This document shows positions 43,173 to 58,484 of a stretch of DNA of 64,000 bases, piece by piece (positions within the stretch are counted from its first letter, which is position 1; each line of letters starts with the position of its first letter). The notes beneath the pieces were generated by a model. That model did no database searches. It was not told where the DNA came from and was given only the letters and a program-made list of their open reading frames with translations. The stretch comes from the human T2T-CHM13v2.0 reference genome, Homo sapiens. The position numbers and the translations under genes were made by a program. The DNA is taken from assembly GCF_009914755.1 (NCBI RefSeq), contig NC_060947.1; one strand, given 5' to 3'.

Positions 43173-45494
43173 TGCCTGAAATATTTCTTTCCGTTTTTCT
43201 CATAAGGCAGGTGCTAGCAACACATTCTCCTAATCTTTGTTTATCTGGAAACATCTTTATTTCGCCTACATTTTTGACGATTAGTTTTTCCAGATACAGA
43301 CATATTGGTTGATTTTTTTTCTTTACGACTTCGAGTATGTCCTCCCCTTGTCTCCTGTTACCCACTTTTTCTGATGAGAAGTCAGCTGTTGAAATTACTG
43401 TGATTCCTTTGTATGTGATAAGTCATTTTCCTCTGGCTGCTTTCAGGATTTTCCCTTTGGCTTTGAATTTCAGCATTTTGACTATGATATGTCTAGGTAT
43501 GGATCTGTTTGAGTTTATCTTACTTGGAGCTCACTGATCTTCTTTGATGTTTAGATTAATGTCTTTCATCATATTTGGGGATTTTAAGCCATAATTTCTG
43601 TGACTACATTTCTGCCTTTTTCTCTTCTCCCCTTCTGGTACTCTCATTACATATATGTTGATATGTTTGTTTCCCACACATATATGAAGCTCTGTTCATT
43701 TTTCTTCCTTCTGTTTTTCTTTCTCTATTAATCTGTCTTCTGCTTCAGTAATCTCTCTTCTGCCTCTTCTGCCATGATATAAAATATTGTTGGCCTTAAG
43801 AATTTTTGTTTTGCTTATTTTATTTTCAAGTCCAGAATTTGCATGTGGTTCTTTTTAAAAAATAAGTTCTATCACTTCATTGATATTCTTTATTTGATGA
43901 GTTGTTATCATCACACTTTCCTTTAGTTCATAAAACACAGTTTTCTTTAGTTTTTTGGATATATTTATAATAGCTGCTTTAAAGTCCTTGTCTGTCACGT
44001 ACAACATCTGAGCTCCCTCAAAGGTGATTTATATTGCCTATTTCCTGTCCATGGTCACACTTAACTTATTTTTTGGCAATGCTCATAATTTTTGTTGAAA
44101 ATTTGACATTTTAAATAATGTATTGTAGTAACTCTGAATTCTGTTTACCTATCCCACCCCCATAACCTGGGCTTTGTTTTTGTTTCTGCTTTTTCTCTAT
44201 TTCTCTTCAGTGTCTTGCCTGGACTAATTCTCTCTGAAGTCTATTTCATCTGTAGTGTACAGTCTCTGATGTCATGTTCATTTCTCTTCTTGTTTTACTT
44301 TTAAGTCTGGCTTTCTAGGAGTCATCTTATATCAAAAGGTCACAGGTTTTTCTTAAGTTCCTAGATCCAGTAAAGCTTCTATCTTTTGCCAATGTATCTT
44401 TGTATGGATTGGGGAATGCTTTCATACTTCAGGAAGTCTTTAATTTTATCCTGCATTCAAATAGGGTTTAGCAGCTCATAAATATCATATCTCTGGTAGC
44501 TCCCACACAGGTTTAGCCTAGTGTGTGTGTACAGCCTTCCAGACCAATAGACAAATGTGATCTTAGCAGAGCATTTTTAAACTCTTTCCACAGGTCTCTC
44601 TCTGAAATGTCTGGCTGGTCTTTTTTCTTCTAGCTGCTACTAATATGTAATTCTCTAATGTTCACTACTATAATCTCTGCTGTTTTCAACAATAACTTTA
44701 GGCATGAATTCCTTCATGCTCTGTTCTAAAGTCAGTCAGTCCCCATAGGCTATGTTACTATTTGGAGCTGGATGAGGAGAGAATGATATGGCAGCCTGCT
44801 TCTTCTACAGTGACATCTCTGCTCTATGAGCCCCCTGAAGTCCTTGTCTGACAAAAACAAAAAAACAAAAAAAAAACTGGGCCCTCGACTTGGGAGTGGG
44901 GAAATAGGAGCCCTGGTCTTCTCCAACTGCCATTCACAGTTTGCTGCAACTGTCTAGGGTAGTGCCTTCATCTTAAGAGTGGGAACTGAGCACGGAATGG
45001 GAACCCCCAATCTTCTTGTTTTTTGTGGCCAAGAATAAATCTTGTACAACAGAGAACTGGAGATGGAAGAATGAGAGTCACTAGCAGCCTGATCATTCTG
45101 GAATGAAACTATAGCTCTATAATCAACAGCTGGTAAGAAAGAGACCCCCTGTTTTCTCGGTTGTACTCACCTGGAATAAATCTTCTGCAACATAAAGTTG
45201 GGAGGAGGAATGGAAGCAGTTCCTTGCTCAAATGCCAATTGTTCTTACCAAGGTTCCATAGATTTTTCTTAAATAAGTGATTCTCAATTTGTTGCATGAC
45301 CTTGAGCCAGTTTCCAGATACTTTGAATGGTTGTTTTACATCATCTTCTACCATTTTAATGGTTGTTTTACTGGTGAGAGGGTTTGTTGAGCTCTTCACA
45401 CTAGAAGTTGGTCTGTCACAATTGTTAATTCAACACATGTTTAGCACACACCTACTATGTACTAGGTGTTATATACACTGGATTTGTTTGAATT

Positions 45495-45720
45495 AACAGA
45501 TTTATTAATGTATAGTTGATATACATTAAACTGCACATATTTAAAGTATACAATTTGATTATCTTTGACATATGTACCTTCTATTACTATAATCAAGATG
45601 GTGAACTTACCCATTAATCCCAAAAGATTTCTTGTGCCCTTTGTATTGCCACCCAGTTTTCTCTGTCCCCCTCCCTCTGGTAACCATTAATTAGCTTCTG
45701 TCACTATAGATTAGTTTTTG
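45495..45720 (-). mobile_element. L1M (MB/ME-like) 3' end
   Basis: tttattaatgtatagttg...ttaaagtatacaatttga...ttctgtcactatagattag. Confidence 0.75.
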
Positions 45721-46349
45721 CACCTGTTTTTAATTTACAAAGCTGATTGGTGGTGAAGTTTCTCTTTTACCAGGGGACCACCCTCAGCCCAATTGCTCTT
45801 TTCTTATGAGCAGAACATTTTTAGAGATTTTCTTTTTGCCTCTAGGTCAAAATTACTCAAGAGAAAACAAAGAATCCAGCCACCGCCATCTCTGCAAAGG
45901 GAGTTTTAGTAACCAGCTCACCAGATTCCCAAGTATATGTTTCCAGACCTCCAAAAAAGGCAACAGCATTTCACTCCTGTTTGAGTTGGTAAATTCAAGT
46001 CCTTGCATTTAAGGAGTTATAGGCTACAGTGTAAGAAAAGCCTTAGGATTCTTCCCTTACAGTGGAGAAGGGTTGAGAAGTCACCAGGGTTCTTCTCACT
46101 GTCTTTGCTTAGGTACCAGCAAGGGCTATTAAGCAACCCAATGTTTTCCCATTGTCCTTCACATGAATGATTATAAACTCCCAGCACAGTCTGAGGGACT
46201 CAGGGTGGTCCAGTTTCTACAGAGACCCAGGAATTGAATCCCCAAACTATACACATGCTATTACTTCTTTCACTCTTCAAGAGGAAAATGATATGGCAAC
46301 TCCAGCAGGCTTAGCTGTTATCAACTAGAACTGATCCTAAGAGCAATGA

Positions 46350-46590
46350 TTTATTGCTTGCCTACCATATATCAAGCACTGGGCTAGGTGGTATAGAATT
46401 GTTAATCTCATTTATAATACAACCAATCCACAAAGTTGGTACAATTTTTTCCCATTGTACACAAGGGAAAGCTGAGGTAAAAGGAGGTGAAAGGACTTGT
46501 CCCAGATCATATTCATAGTGACTAGCACAGGAGAAACTGAAACTCAGATCTGACACTTAGGTTACCCTCTATCCACTGTACTATAATGTC
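46350..46590 (-). mobile_element. MIR
   Basis: atctcatttataat...gctgaggt...gacttgtcccagatca. Confidence 0.75.
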
Positions 46591-47519
46591 AGATTGCTAA
46601 GCTTAGGGATTTCCCTCCACATCCCAAAAGCCTCTCATAAGAGGAGAATTCCAACTATATGGCTTTTCATCTGTGTGGCAATAAATGCCACCTGGGACCC
46701 TGTATTTTTATTGCTTTTATACAAGCCTATATCACTCTGTCAGACGAATTAAAAGTGCTAATTCACATAAATGCCCCTCTTCAAAAAGAGCATGGGAAAT
46801 ATCCAGAAAACCCATGAATGAATTCAGAATCAGGCTGTGACTTTGACTGTTTACATGACAGCGAACCACAAATGCTGGATTACATTCCAAGCATCTGTGT
46901 TTAGCACCTTGGAATCTTGTAATATTAAAAAAAAGTTCTGACAAATAGCTATCCATGGAATGTAGAACTCTAACTCAGTTATGCTGTGTCAGAAATTGGC
47001 GAAGATGCTTACTGCAATATTTTTACAAGGGCTATCTTACAAAATTGAGGCCAGTATGCCATCTTCCAGTTTGTGCTGCATCTCATGCAGGTTTGTCATT
47101 CATTAAAAGGCTACAAAGAGATTAAATGGAATAGGGCTACTTGGCTCAAACAAGAAAGAATTCAAGTTTAAAGCAGTTACTGACTCTCCTCAGTAGAGGG
47201 CAGTGGTGGGCAGGGCAAGACTGGCAGGAGGAGAAGGGGGGAACATTAATTTCTGTGGTGTACCCACTAAGTGCTCAGATACAGTGCTTAATGCTTTACA
47301 GACAGTATCTCATGAATCATGGGTATTACCCTATAAAGGAAGGATTATTAGCACCATTTTAGCCTCAAAGAGGTTAAATGAATTGAACGCAGATCTGGTG
47401 CCATCTAGTTCAACTATTCCATGCTGTTGCCTGAAAAGTACTGCTTTATTCTAAAGTGTCAAAACTGGAAGCTTATACTGATGAACTGAAAGAGGAGACT
47501 CTCCTAGGATAGAGTAGGT

Positions 47520-48025
47520 CCCATATATGATAGTATCCTGAAAGATCGAGGCTGGCTGGAACAATGGAAAACATTTAACAAAGATAACATGTAAAAATTA
47601 TAAACTTCAGAGCCAGTGACAAGGTGGAAATGATCTACAAGAAGTGGTTCAGAGGATTGGAAAACTGACATATGGGGAACAGTTGAGAGACTTGGAGAAG
47701 ATTAGACCAGGATGCCTGGCACTAGGGAGGTGTTCATACATGTTGGAAAAACTGAATGTAGAAAATATCATGAGAAACCTAACATTGTCTTTTAACTACC
47801 TAAAGGGCAATTAGTTATCAAGAAGGTACATACTGTTTTGTGTGGTTCCAAAGGCTAGGACCTAGATCAGCTGGAGGGAGATTTTAGTTTCTTAAAAGGA
47901 ATAATCTACTAAAAAACATAAAACTCTAAGAGAGAGAGAGCAACTCAAAACTGACATGAGTTGCTGTGTGAGATTCAGTTGTAAAGATGACCTCCAGGAA
48001 CCCTTCCAACTCCAGGAAGTTCAGA
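47520..48025 (+). mobile_element. CR1/L3 relic, 3' region
   Basis: gtctttaactacctaaaggg...gatgacctccaggaacccttccaactc. Confidence 0.6.
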
Positions 48026-48344
48026 TTTTGTGCTGATTAAGACTCCCGGGATGGCTTCTTTACTCTTGTCAAGTGATGTTCTTAAAACTTTCCAAGAAAG
48101 AACTAGTTGGTCCCCCATACTTAGGAGCCAAAGTATTCAGACCATTAGAATTAACTCTCCTAAGAGGACCTTATCCACACATCTCCAAAGAAATTATAGG
48201 AGAAATTCTGAGACTGCCTCACAAGAGGGAGCCATTGCTGTTCCACTGGAATCTGTATATTGGACCAATTAAAGACTACAAATGTACCTTTTATTCAAAG
48301 AAACAAATAAACATAGTCAAAAAGTTTAGCCATTTCATTAAAGA

Positions 48345-48699
<355 letters not shown>

Positions 48700-48759
48700 C
48701 TAATGATGATGGAATCTAAAGAATCTAACCCTAGCCATATCAGAATAAATAAGTCAGTC

Positions 48760-49185
48760 ACTCACTCATCAGCATTTCCCTGGTTCATCTTATTATATGC
48801 CGGGCTTTGTTCTGACTAATGGAGATAACAGAGAGAAGTTAGAAACAATTACCACCTTTAAAAGGGTCACAGTTTAGTAGTAGAGAGATATCTTCATAGA
48901 TAATTTACTCCCTGTATAGAGCAATGGGAGGATAGAGATCTATACAACAGGCTGTAGAACCACAGAAGTAGTAGGGATGGAATGAAGGAAAGGTTATACA
49001 GAGAATATATCATTTGAGCTAGACCTTAAAAAATAGATGAGAGTTCACCATGTAGAAAGAGGAAGGGTACATTCTAGCAAAGGGTACAACATGTGCAAAG
49101 AAAAAGAGGTAGGGAAGATCTTGGGATATTTAAGAAAGATAGTTTGTCAGGTATGGGTTGGCTAGGGCATAAGATGTATGAGAAA
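48760..49185 (-). mobile_element. L2 fragment
   Basis: cactcatcagcattt...tttgagctagaccttaaa...ctagcaaagggtacaacatgtgcaaag. Confidence 0.7.
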
Positions 49186-49686
49186 GTGGTGAATCAATTT
49201 CTTCATATTCTTGCTATGGAGAGATTCTCTCTAAAATGGCATGTTCAGCAAGCTTACCAACTGCTGATACCCTGAACTGGCTTCCACTGATGACCGCAGA
49301 CTGGGCTGTGCGCTTGCCACTAGAAATCTGGTTTTTAGAAGACCTCCATCTACTATCTCTCTCTTGAGGGTTACCAAAGCCACAGTGAACTGGAATTGGA
49401 CAACAGGGAAGCTTCTTGAGGACCTCAACTTGACCATAGCCACCAACACAAGAGGACAGACATCTCATTATCTTGGCCTCTTCCAGGTGGCACTTCTAGG
49501 AATGGAATGATTGATATAGAGGTCTTTGCTATAAGCTATGCCCAGATCTTCTTACCATGAAATCCTGAGACCACAAAAGAATGCCATATGTGCCAGCTCA
49601 CCTGGCCAACATCAGTTACTAAAGGCCCATGCGTTTCCAGCAGGAAGTGTCCAAAGGGCTTCAGTCAGGAATCCTTACTCCTATTA

Positions 49687-49977
49687 TTTTTTTGATACGG
49701 AGTCTCACTCTGTTGCCCAGGCTGGAGTGCTGTGGCGCAATCTCAGCTCACTGCAACCTTCGCCGCCTGGGTTCAAGTGATTCTCATGCCTCAGCCTCCC
49801 CCGAGTAGCTGGGATTACAGGCGACTGCCACCACACCTGGCTAATTTTTGTATTTTTAGTAGAGATGGGGTTTCACCATGTTGGCCGGGCTGCTCTCGAA
49901 CTCCTGACCTCAGGTGATCCACTCGCCTCGGCCTCCCAAAGTGCTGGGATTACAGGCGTGAGCCACTGTGCCTGGTC
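49687..49977 (-). mobile_element. AluSx-like
   Basis: Full antisense Alu. Confidence 0.95.
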
Positions 49978-51209
49978 CCTTCCTACTATTATGACAGACC
50001 CTTCCTAAAGGGATGAACTTCTGAATTTGCGGGTAGCCTCCTTCTTAAAATGTTCAATGATCTCCTGTTTCTGCTGCTATGCTTCTCCTGAAGCAGCCAA
50101 AATTCCAAATCATTTCTAGCAGTAGATCTGCATTGACCTCAGCTGATTTTAAGACCTATATGGGAAGCAATCTTATTTATAATATTTATCATCCTTCATC
50201 ATCCTCAAGCAAACGATCAGAGTGGGAAATGCTAGAAAGTAGTACAGTGCTGGGCATTTAATAAAAGTTCTCTAACCATAGCTTGATTAAGGTTGTCCTA
50301 AAATGGGCCACTAGAAGATGCTGGCCATTAAGATTTGACAAAACATTAACGTATCACTTAATATGTCACTCCATATTCAACAATAGGAGTTTGTCTTGCT
50401 CAGTAAAAATGGGATGAAATTACAAGGCTTGCCTTCACCATCTTTAACTCAAGGTTTCATAAAGACATACATATAGAAAATGCATTTTTAAAAGCAGTAT
50501 TAACTTACACCTATCTTTATTCTTTTTTGTTAGGACAGTTAGTTTTGTCAAGAGCTATGAAACAATGATAGAATCCTACCACTCTAATCGAACTCATGGA
50601 GTCTATGCCAAAGAGAGTCCACAATGTAGATGAACCCATGTGATACTACCACTTTGGTCAACTGTGAAATTATTGCTCCTAGGGTGATGTGACAATAAAA
50701 CAACAAAACAATGGAAGCTTTATCTTCCAGAACTATCAAGGCATTGAATCCTCAGCTATAGCTCCTGGGGGAACAACAGAGAACTAGTATTTCTTCACCT
50801 ACCAGTAGAACTCAGACATAGCCTTGTCAAAATGGTGTTTCTCTATCACTAGGGCAAAAAAATATTAGCTAAGGAGCTAATGACATTCTGTACGTCAGGA
50901 AGATCTGGGGCTCACTGTCAGATATTTCGTCCTTTGTGGGGAAGGTTTCTATAATAATGGTATTTTGCAACATGGGGCTGTGTTGTTGACAGCTCCTTGT
51001 CTACATTTCTTACTATCCATCATGACACTGACCAACACCATCAGGGAAATACAAGATCTGCTCTGACCTTAGAACTGTTCCTGATCATGCAAAATACATT
51101 CTGTCCTGACTTCATATTAGCAGTGTTTAATTATAATTAATACAGTTATTTCTTTGTTACTTGAGAGTACAAGTCATGTGTTTCTAGCTAAACAGTAAGA
51201 TCTAAGACA

Positions 51210-51400
51210 GTAGTATAGGGCAGTGGGAAGAATACACTTTGGAGTAAGACATTTCCAAGTTTGAACCCCACTCCCGAGCTAGCTATGTAAGTCACATAAG
51301 TTCTGTGAGTTTTAGTCCCCTCATCTATAAAGTGGGTAAGATGCTATCTTGACCTACAGGATGGCCCTAAGAATATGTAACGTGCCTGGCACATTTCTGT
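51210..51400 (+). mobile_element. MIR
   Basis: tttggagtaagac...ctcatctataaagtggg...gtgcctggcaca. Confidence 0.7.
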
Positions 51401-52920
51401 AAATGAAAGTTACTTTCCCCTTTCCTCTGTACCATATCTGCATCTGATAATACAATACAGGATTTTCTGATCAGGTGTTCACCAAATCTTGACTAAACAC
51501 AGAGAAGAAACATTTTAGTCCATGCTTTTTGTGCCCAATATTATAGGGATTCCCTGTCCTGATCTCCCTCCAGCTTTAAAGCCAGGTTTAGTCATTCCTG
51601 ACTGCACATGGTTCTTCAACAGAAGACTAAGTCCTCTGGCAAATTTGGTCCATAAGCACTTCCTATTCTGACAGAGAAGACAGGTTAAGTTTCACCCACA
51701 TCTTAATCTTAAGGAATGTGCCTATTTTCTTCTTTTTTGATACACTAGCTTAGAGTCACATATCTCTGGGGAAAGCAGACAACACAATTTGAGATGGCCA
51801 CCTGCCTTACTTTTCAGATGATTAATTCCATTAGTCAGATTGCCATTACAGTCAGACTGAGGGTATGCCTGATACAGCTTAAGGGCTGAGGGGTTCTTCA
51901 TGAAAAATACTACTCTACCATCTCTCTTTTCCTTTCCACCCTAAAAGGTTAAAAAAAGAAACTTACCTTCTACAAGGACCCTCTTTGAAACATATTTCTA
52001 AGTCTCTAATCAAGGAAGTCTACCTAAAGCCTAAGACAACTTTAAAAGCCCTTTATGTGAGTAAATGGATTTCAAATATTGTGCTCTAAAGGAGAAAAAT
52101 CAAATTCCAGGTTGGAATCCTCATTTATGCCAGACAGCCCCTGCAACTACAGGGAAACTCTGTGATGGAAATTGTCAGGTCAGCTCAGTGCCTACAGGCC
52201 CCATTAATTTATGTCTCCTTCTTCTGAGAGGACATGAAATGGGGAGAATCTTTTTACTTGATTATTCATAGCTATGCTTTTGGGGCTGCCAACTCACTCT
52301 CCATACTTTACATAGCTGACCCATGACAGCACACACCTAATCTCACATAGGGTCACATACCCTCACTTATATAGTTATACATCCCCTAGACTATAGAGAG
52401 AGATTGGGAACCTCTGAGAGATGGAGTGTCTTGGGAGAATAGACTGCATGGTGAAGAAGGGCAGAGAACAGGGAAACGAGAAATAATTCCCAGACTATTA
52501 GCTAGTTCTTTGTTGGTCTTTCCTCTAGATTACGTAAAGGACTTGAGTGGCATGTGCTTCTTCTTTGATGACCCTGAAGTCCCTACCTTAAATTGCTTCA
52601 GGCCTCAGTTCACAGACACTCTGCAGAGATATGTAACCTCCTTGCCTTGGAGAATATTTGCAGAATCAAAATGATGTCCTGCTTTAAGAGAGTTACTCTC
52701 CCAAATCCAGTGGAGGAGACTCTGAAGGAGCTTGAAGGACTGTTAATGTTACATCGGGTTTTAATCTCATAATTTGTAACCTATATGGGTAATAATTTAA
52801 AGAACAGCTTTCTGCAAAACAAATTGTTATTGGGCTCACTGCAGTTTATGTGCCTTTCCTCATCACTTCACAGAAAGGTTTCTAATACATTTCAGTATAC
52901 CTGGGAGCAAGGCCTAGCAC

Positions 52921-53220
52921 TGAGCTGTCCAGTACAGTAGCCATCCACTAGCCACGTGTGACTAATGAGCACTTAAATGTGACTGGTGTAAATTGACACA
53001 CACTTGTCAAGTTTAATATCACACCAGATTTCAAAGACTTAATATTAAAAAAGAACACAAAATATCTCATTAGTAACTTTTATACTGATTCCATGTTGAA
53101 ATGTTAATATTTTAGATATATTGAGTAGTTAACTAAAATATGTTATTAACATTTGTCTCCCTTGTTTCTTTTTACCTTTTTAATGTGATTACTTGAAAAT
53201 TTAAAAGGGCATATACGTAT
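52921..53220 (-). mobile_element. MER33 (hAT-Charlie)
   Basis: gctgtccagtacagtagcca...cacaccagatttcaaagactta...atgttgaaatg. Confidence 0.85.
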
Positions 53221-54279
53221 TGTTATATTGTTTTATGTTTATGAATTTTGTCATACCTAACTCCTAAAGTTTTTCCTTTTGCTTTCGGTATTTGAGATGC
53301 TCCCAAGAAAAGCTAGCTGTGCAGCTTTGGGAAACCTACTTAAGCTCTCCAGGCCAAATGGGGCTAATTGTCTATTTCATAACGTTATTAATTTCATAAG
53401 GATTTAATGGGCTAATGCATACATAACGCTTATCTCTGTACTCTGTACCTGGCACTTAGTAAAAACTCAACAATTGACAGGTATTCTGCCCAAAGATAGT
53501 GAAAAGCGCTTCCCAAAGAAATGTTATACATCTTACCATCCAGGTAACATCATTTTTCTTTACATAACTGCTAATGAGATCCTTAGCTGAGAAAAATGTG
53601 AGAAGCCTCAGTGTTGGTTCCTCATGGATCTCTGAGATGATGCTTGGTTTTAAGCAGTAGCCAGGCTTAGGAAGGAGCTACAGAACTGGAGGCAAAGAAT
53701 TCATTCTCCCATTTATTCATCTATCCAATCATTCAACACTTAATTTATTGAGTCTCAAGCACTGTTCTATAGACAATGGGAATATAACAATAAACAAAAC
53801 AGGCAAAGATTCCTGCCCTTATAGACTTTTCTTTCTGGTAAAAATAAGTCATAGATTTGTTTTCAAAAGCTCGCTCCAATCATTTATATTCGGAACTTGA
53901 TTCAGAAACCACTTTCTCCATAGACAGCACTGACCTCTCAAATGGTCATTCTAGGTCTCACCTAAAGCCTGTAAGGTATGTGTTGTTCCAGCATCTCTGC
54001 CACTCCCCAGAATAGTCAAGAATTACTAGCCAATCAATGCAGTCCCCTCCTTAGGCTCAAATCAATCAAAAGGTTTGTAGGCTCCCTCCACATACCATGC
54101 ATCAGTCTTCACTGATCTCTTACCTGCCACAAAGAGATTAACCCACTATCCTCTAGTATGTCAAATGGGCTACAAGTGACGTGCCAAACCCTCAGGAAGC
54201 AAACAATATCCACAGCACTACCACCAGAAAAGTACATTATCTCACTGTCTCCACTACCAGTTTTGTCCCAGGAGGTATC

Positions 54280-54470
54280 ATGGTGCAATGAAAGTAGCAT
54301 GGGCTTTGGCACCAAAATGACCAGGATTCAAATCCTAGCTCTGCAGTGCACTGTGACTTCAGGCAAATCATTTTAACTCTCCATTCCTTCATCTGCTGTC
54401 CTGTGAAAAGGCTATCTTCCTCACAGGATTATGGGAATGAATATCTAACAGGCACAGTGCCTGGCACAGT
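54280..54470 (+). mobile_element. MIR
   Basis: ggattcaaatcctagctctgc...ctgtgacttcaggcaa...acagtgcctggcaca. Confidence 0.75.
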
Positions 54471-54574
54471 TAGTATTCCAGAAGCATTAGTTTTCTTCCC
54501 ACATTCCTTCCAAGTTGGGTGGTATTTTAGAAACAGCATGAAAGCTATTCTTGTATGGATTAGGACTAAGCAAT

Positions 54575-54755
54575 TGCCTCTTAGTGGAGGGCTCACACTG
54601 GCTAGCTTTCCAGTGAAGTATTCAGTAATATCATTTTAGCAACTTGAAACTGGCCATGGTGGGAGTATATCCGCTATAGAAACCACAAGTGCTACAAATT
54701 AGGTTTTACTTATTTACTGTTTTTCTGGAGAGCTGGTTTGCCAGCACTCCACTAG
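54575..54755 (+). mobile_element. MER63A-like (hAT-Blackjack)
   Basis: cttgaaactggccatggtgggagtat...gctacaaattagg...ggagagctggtttgccagcactccactag. Confidence 0.75.
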
Positions 54756-56925
54756 CTTAAACCGCAAGACACATGGACAACTCAGGGACAAAGATAAGGC
54801 AATTACACACTTGTCATTTTGAAACAGAGACCCTTCTACAGACTGGGCAAAAATTGCCATGAAATATAGCTACTCGGTCCTTCTCTACAGAATCTTTCAT
54901 GTGGCACATTAAACATACTTATTGCCCCCTAAATATAAAAACCAGCAACATAAGACACGACAAGTATCATCACAGGGCCAAGTTCACAGTAGGTGCTCAG
55001 TAAACATCTGTCAAATACATAAACAAGCCCAGGATAAATTATTTGCCACTTTTCATCAATGAAATAGAAGCAGTGGTTTGAAAAAATGAAATGAGACTCA
55101 GGAGAAAAGAACTTTAGGATAGAGGTGAACGCACAAGCCAGAATGCTGAATGAGAAAGTTCTGGAAGGGTGAACAGGCTCAAGGCAAGGGAAAGTTGGAA
55201 CACAGAATCCAGAGAAATAGGTCCATGGTAGTAGGGTACAGGAGAGGTACATGGGGGAAACTGACAAATGGAACAAGGTCCTGAAATAGAAATAGAAATT
55301 CATGAGCTATACTTTATCTGGGAAGGAATTTTATAATGTTTTGGTGGAGATGTTCTTTATAAAATTATCAAAATTTTTATCTTCTTAAACCACTGCACTT
55401 TAACAACTTAAATATATAATTTACATATGATAAAATTCACCCATCTAAAGCATAAAATATAATGAATTTTAGCATTTACAGAGCTGTGCAACCATCACCA
55501 CAATCTAATTTTAGAATATGTCCATTATCCTAAACAGAAACCTTGTGCAATTTATATTCAGTCCCCATTCCTAACACCCAGCCCCAAGCAACCACTAATC
55601 ACTTTCTGCCTCCAAAGATTTGTCTTTTTTGAACATTTCATATACAATAAATGGAATCATACAATATGTGGCCTTATGTGTCTTCTTCCACTGAGCATGT
55701 TTTTGAGGTTCATTCATATAGTAGCATATAATACTGCTTCATTTCTTTTCACTGCCGAACAATATTCTATTGTATGATTATACCACATATTATTTATCCA
55801 CTCAGAAGTTGAGGATGTTTGGGGTGTTTCTGCCTTTTGGCTTGTGTGAGTCATGATGCTATGATATGAACATTCAGGTACAACTTTTTGTGCAGACATA
55901 TGTTTTCATTTATCTTGTGTATACACCTATGAGTGAAAGTTCTGAGTCATACGATAGCTCTATGTTTAACATTTTTAGAAACTGCTAAACTGTTTTCCAA
56001 AGAACTACACCATTTTGCATTCGTATCAGCAATGTATGAGAGTGTTCTGATATGCCACATCCTTGACAACACTTATTTTTGTCTAATAGATAGCCATTCC
56101 AGTGGATGAGAAATGTAATCTCATCATGGTTTTGATTTTCATTTTCCTAATGACTAATGATGTTGAGTATCTGTTCACATGTTTATTTGCCATTTATATA
56201 TATTCTTTGGATAAATGTCTATTCAAATTCTTATCCTGCTTTTTAATGTATAATCTGTCTTATTACTGAGTTGTAAGAGGCTTTATATTTTCTGAATCTA
56301 AAGACTTTGTATGATATATGATTTATAGGTATAGTCTCTCAGTCTTTGAGGTGTTATTTCACTTTCTGGATGGTATCTTTAAAGTGTGAAGGTTTTAAAT
56401 TTTAAGTCCAGCTTACATCCAGCTTATCATGTTTTTATGACTTGTGGTTTTGTTGTTGTATCTTAGAAATCTTTGTGTAACTCAAGATCACAGAGATTTA
56501 CTCCTATGTTTTCTTCTAAGAGTTTTATAGTTTAAGCTCTTATACTTAGGTATATGGTACACTTTTGAGTTAATTGGTGTGTATGGTGTGAAGTCAAAGA
56601 TCAAATTCATTATTTTGCATGTGAATATTCTACCGCCTGAACACCAATTGTTGAAAAAACTATTTCTTTCCCTTTGAATTTTCTTGGCAAGTTTGCCCAA
56701 AATCAGTTGATCACACATGTAAAGGCTTATTTCTGGGATCTCAACTGATTGCCATTATCTATATGTCTTTCCTTAAGCCAGTAGCACACTGACTTGACTA
56801 TTGTGGCCTTGTCATAAATTTTGAAATTGGCCACTGTAGGTCCTCCAAGTTTGATCTTTTTAAAGACTGTTTTGGCTACTCTGGGTTTCTTGCATTTCTC
56901 TGTGTATTTTAGAATCAGCTTGTAA

Positions 56926-57369
<444 letters not shown>

Positions 57370-58484
57370 TTAAGTCTTTCTTTTCTTTCACTGGTGTCTT
57401 ATAGTTTTCAGTGTACAAAATACTTTTTTGTCAAATGTATTCTTAATTATTCCATTTTTTGATGCTATTGTGAATGAAAATGTTTTCTTAATTTCATTTT
57501 CAGATTATTACTATAAAGACATAGAATTGATTTTTTATGTTGATGTCATATCCTACAGACATGATGAAAAATTATGTTTTACTGTATAAAATATAATATT
57601 ATCTATGAATAAAGACAAATTAGCTTTTTTTGTCTAATTGCCTTGGATAGAATCTGTAATGCAATGTTGAATAAAACTGGTAAGTGTAGACATATTTGTC
57701 TTGTTCCCATCTTAAAGCAAAAGAATTCAGTCTTTCTCTATTAAGTATGATGCTACCTGTAAGGTTTTTGTATATGCCCTTTATCAGCTTAAGGAAATTC
57801 CCTTCTATTCCTAACTTGTTGAGGGTTTTTGTCATGAAAAGGTGATGGATTGTGTCAAATTATTCTTCTGCATGTATGCAGTTTATCATGTTGTTTTTGT
57901 ACTTTATTCTACTAATGCAATGTTTACATTCATTGATTTTTTGCATGTTAAAACAGCCTTGCATTCCTAAGGTAAATTCCACTTGGTCATGGCGTATAAT
58001 TATTTTTACATATTGTTAGATTCAGTTTGCAAGTATTTTGTTCTAGATTTTTGCATCTATTTTCATAAGGAATACTGGTCTATAGTTTTCTTTTCTTGTA
58101 GAATGAGTTGACGCTTATTTCCTCTATTTTCTGGGAGAGTTTGTGAAGTATTGGTATTAACTCTTCTTTTAATGTTTGGTAGAATTTATTAGTAAAACTC
58201 TTTGGACCTGGGCTTTTCTTTATGGGAAGATTTTTAAACTACTAATTCAATCTTCATACTTGTCTGTTCAGGTTTTCTATTATTTCTTGAGCAGTTTTCA
58301 TAATTTGCATTTTCCAGGAATGTATCCATTTTATCTAAGTTATCTAATTTGTTTGCATACAGTTGTTTGGAGTGCTCCTTTATACTTTTTAATTAATTTT
58401 TCTGTAAGTTCTGAAGTGATGTTCCCTCCTCAATTCTTGAAATCTGTAATTTGAGTCTTCTCTTTGTCAATATATTTTGTTGAT

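Larger units (their letters stand above)
41020..45400 (-). mobile_element. Composite of old antisense L1M fragments (3'UTR piece ~41660-42710; ORF1/5'UTR ~43180-45400)
   Basis: ttctgatgagaagtcagctg and other antisense ORF1 blocks; L1MC/MD-like 3'UTR. Confidence 0.7.

Noticed and set aside
46675-46692. gtggca-ataaa-tgccac hairpin overlapping AATAAA
   Set aside because: 6-bp stem; no evidence of a transcript end.
51967-52023. 57-nt minus-strand exon candidate with donor AG|GTAAGT
   Set aside because: Stops in all frames and a weak acceptor; cannot be supported from sequence.
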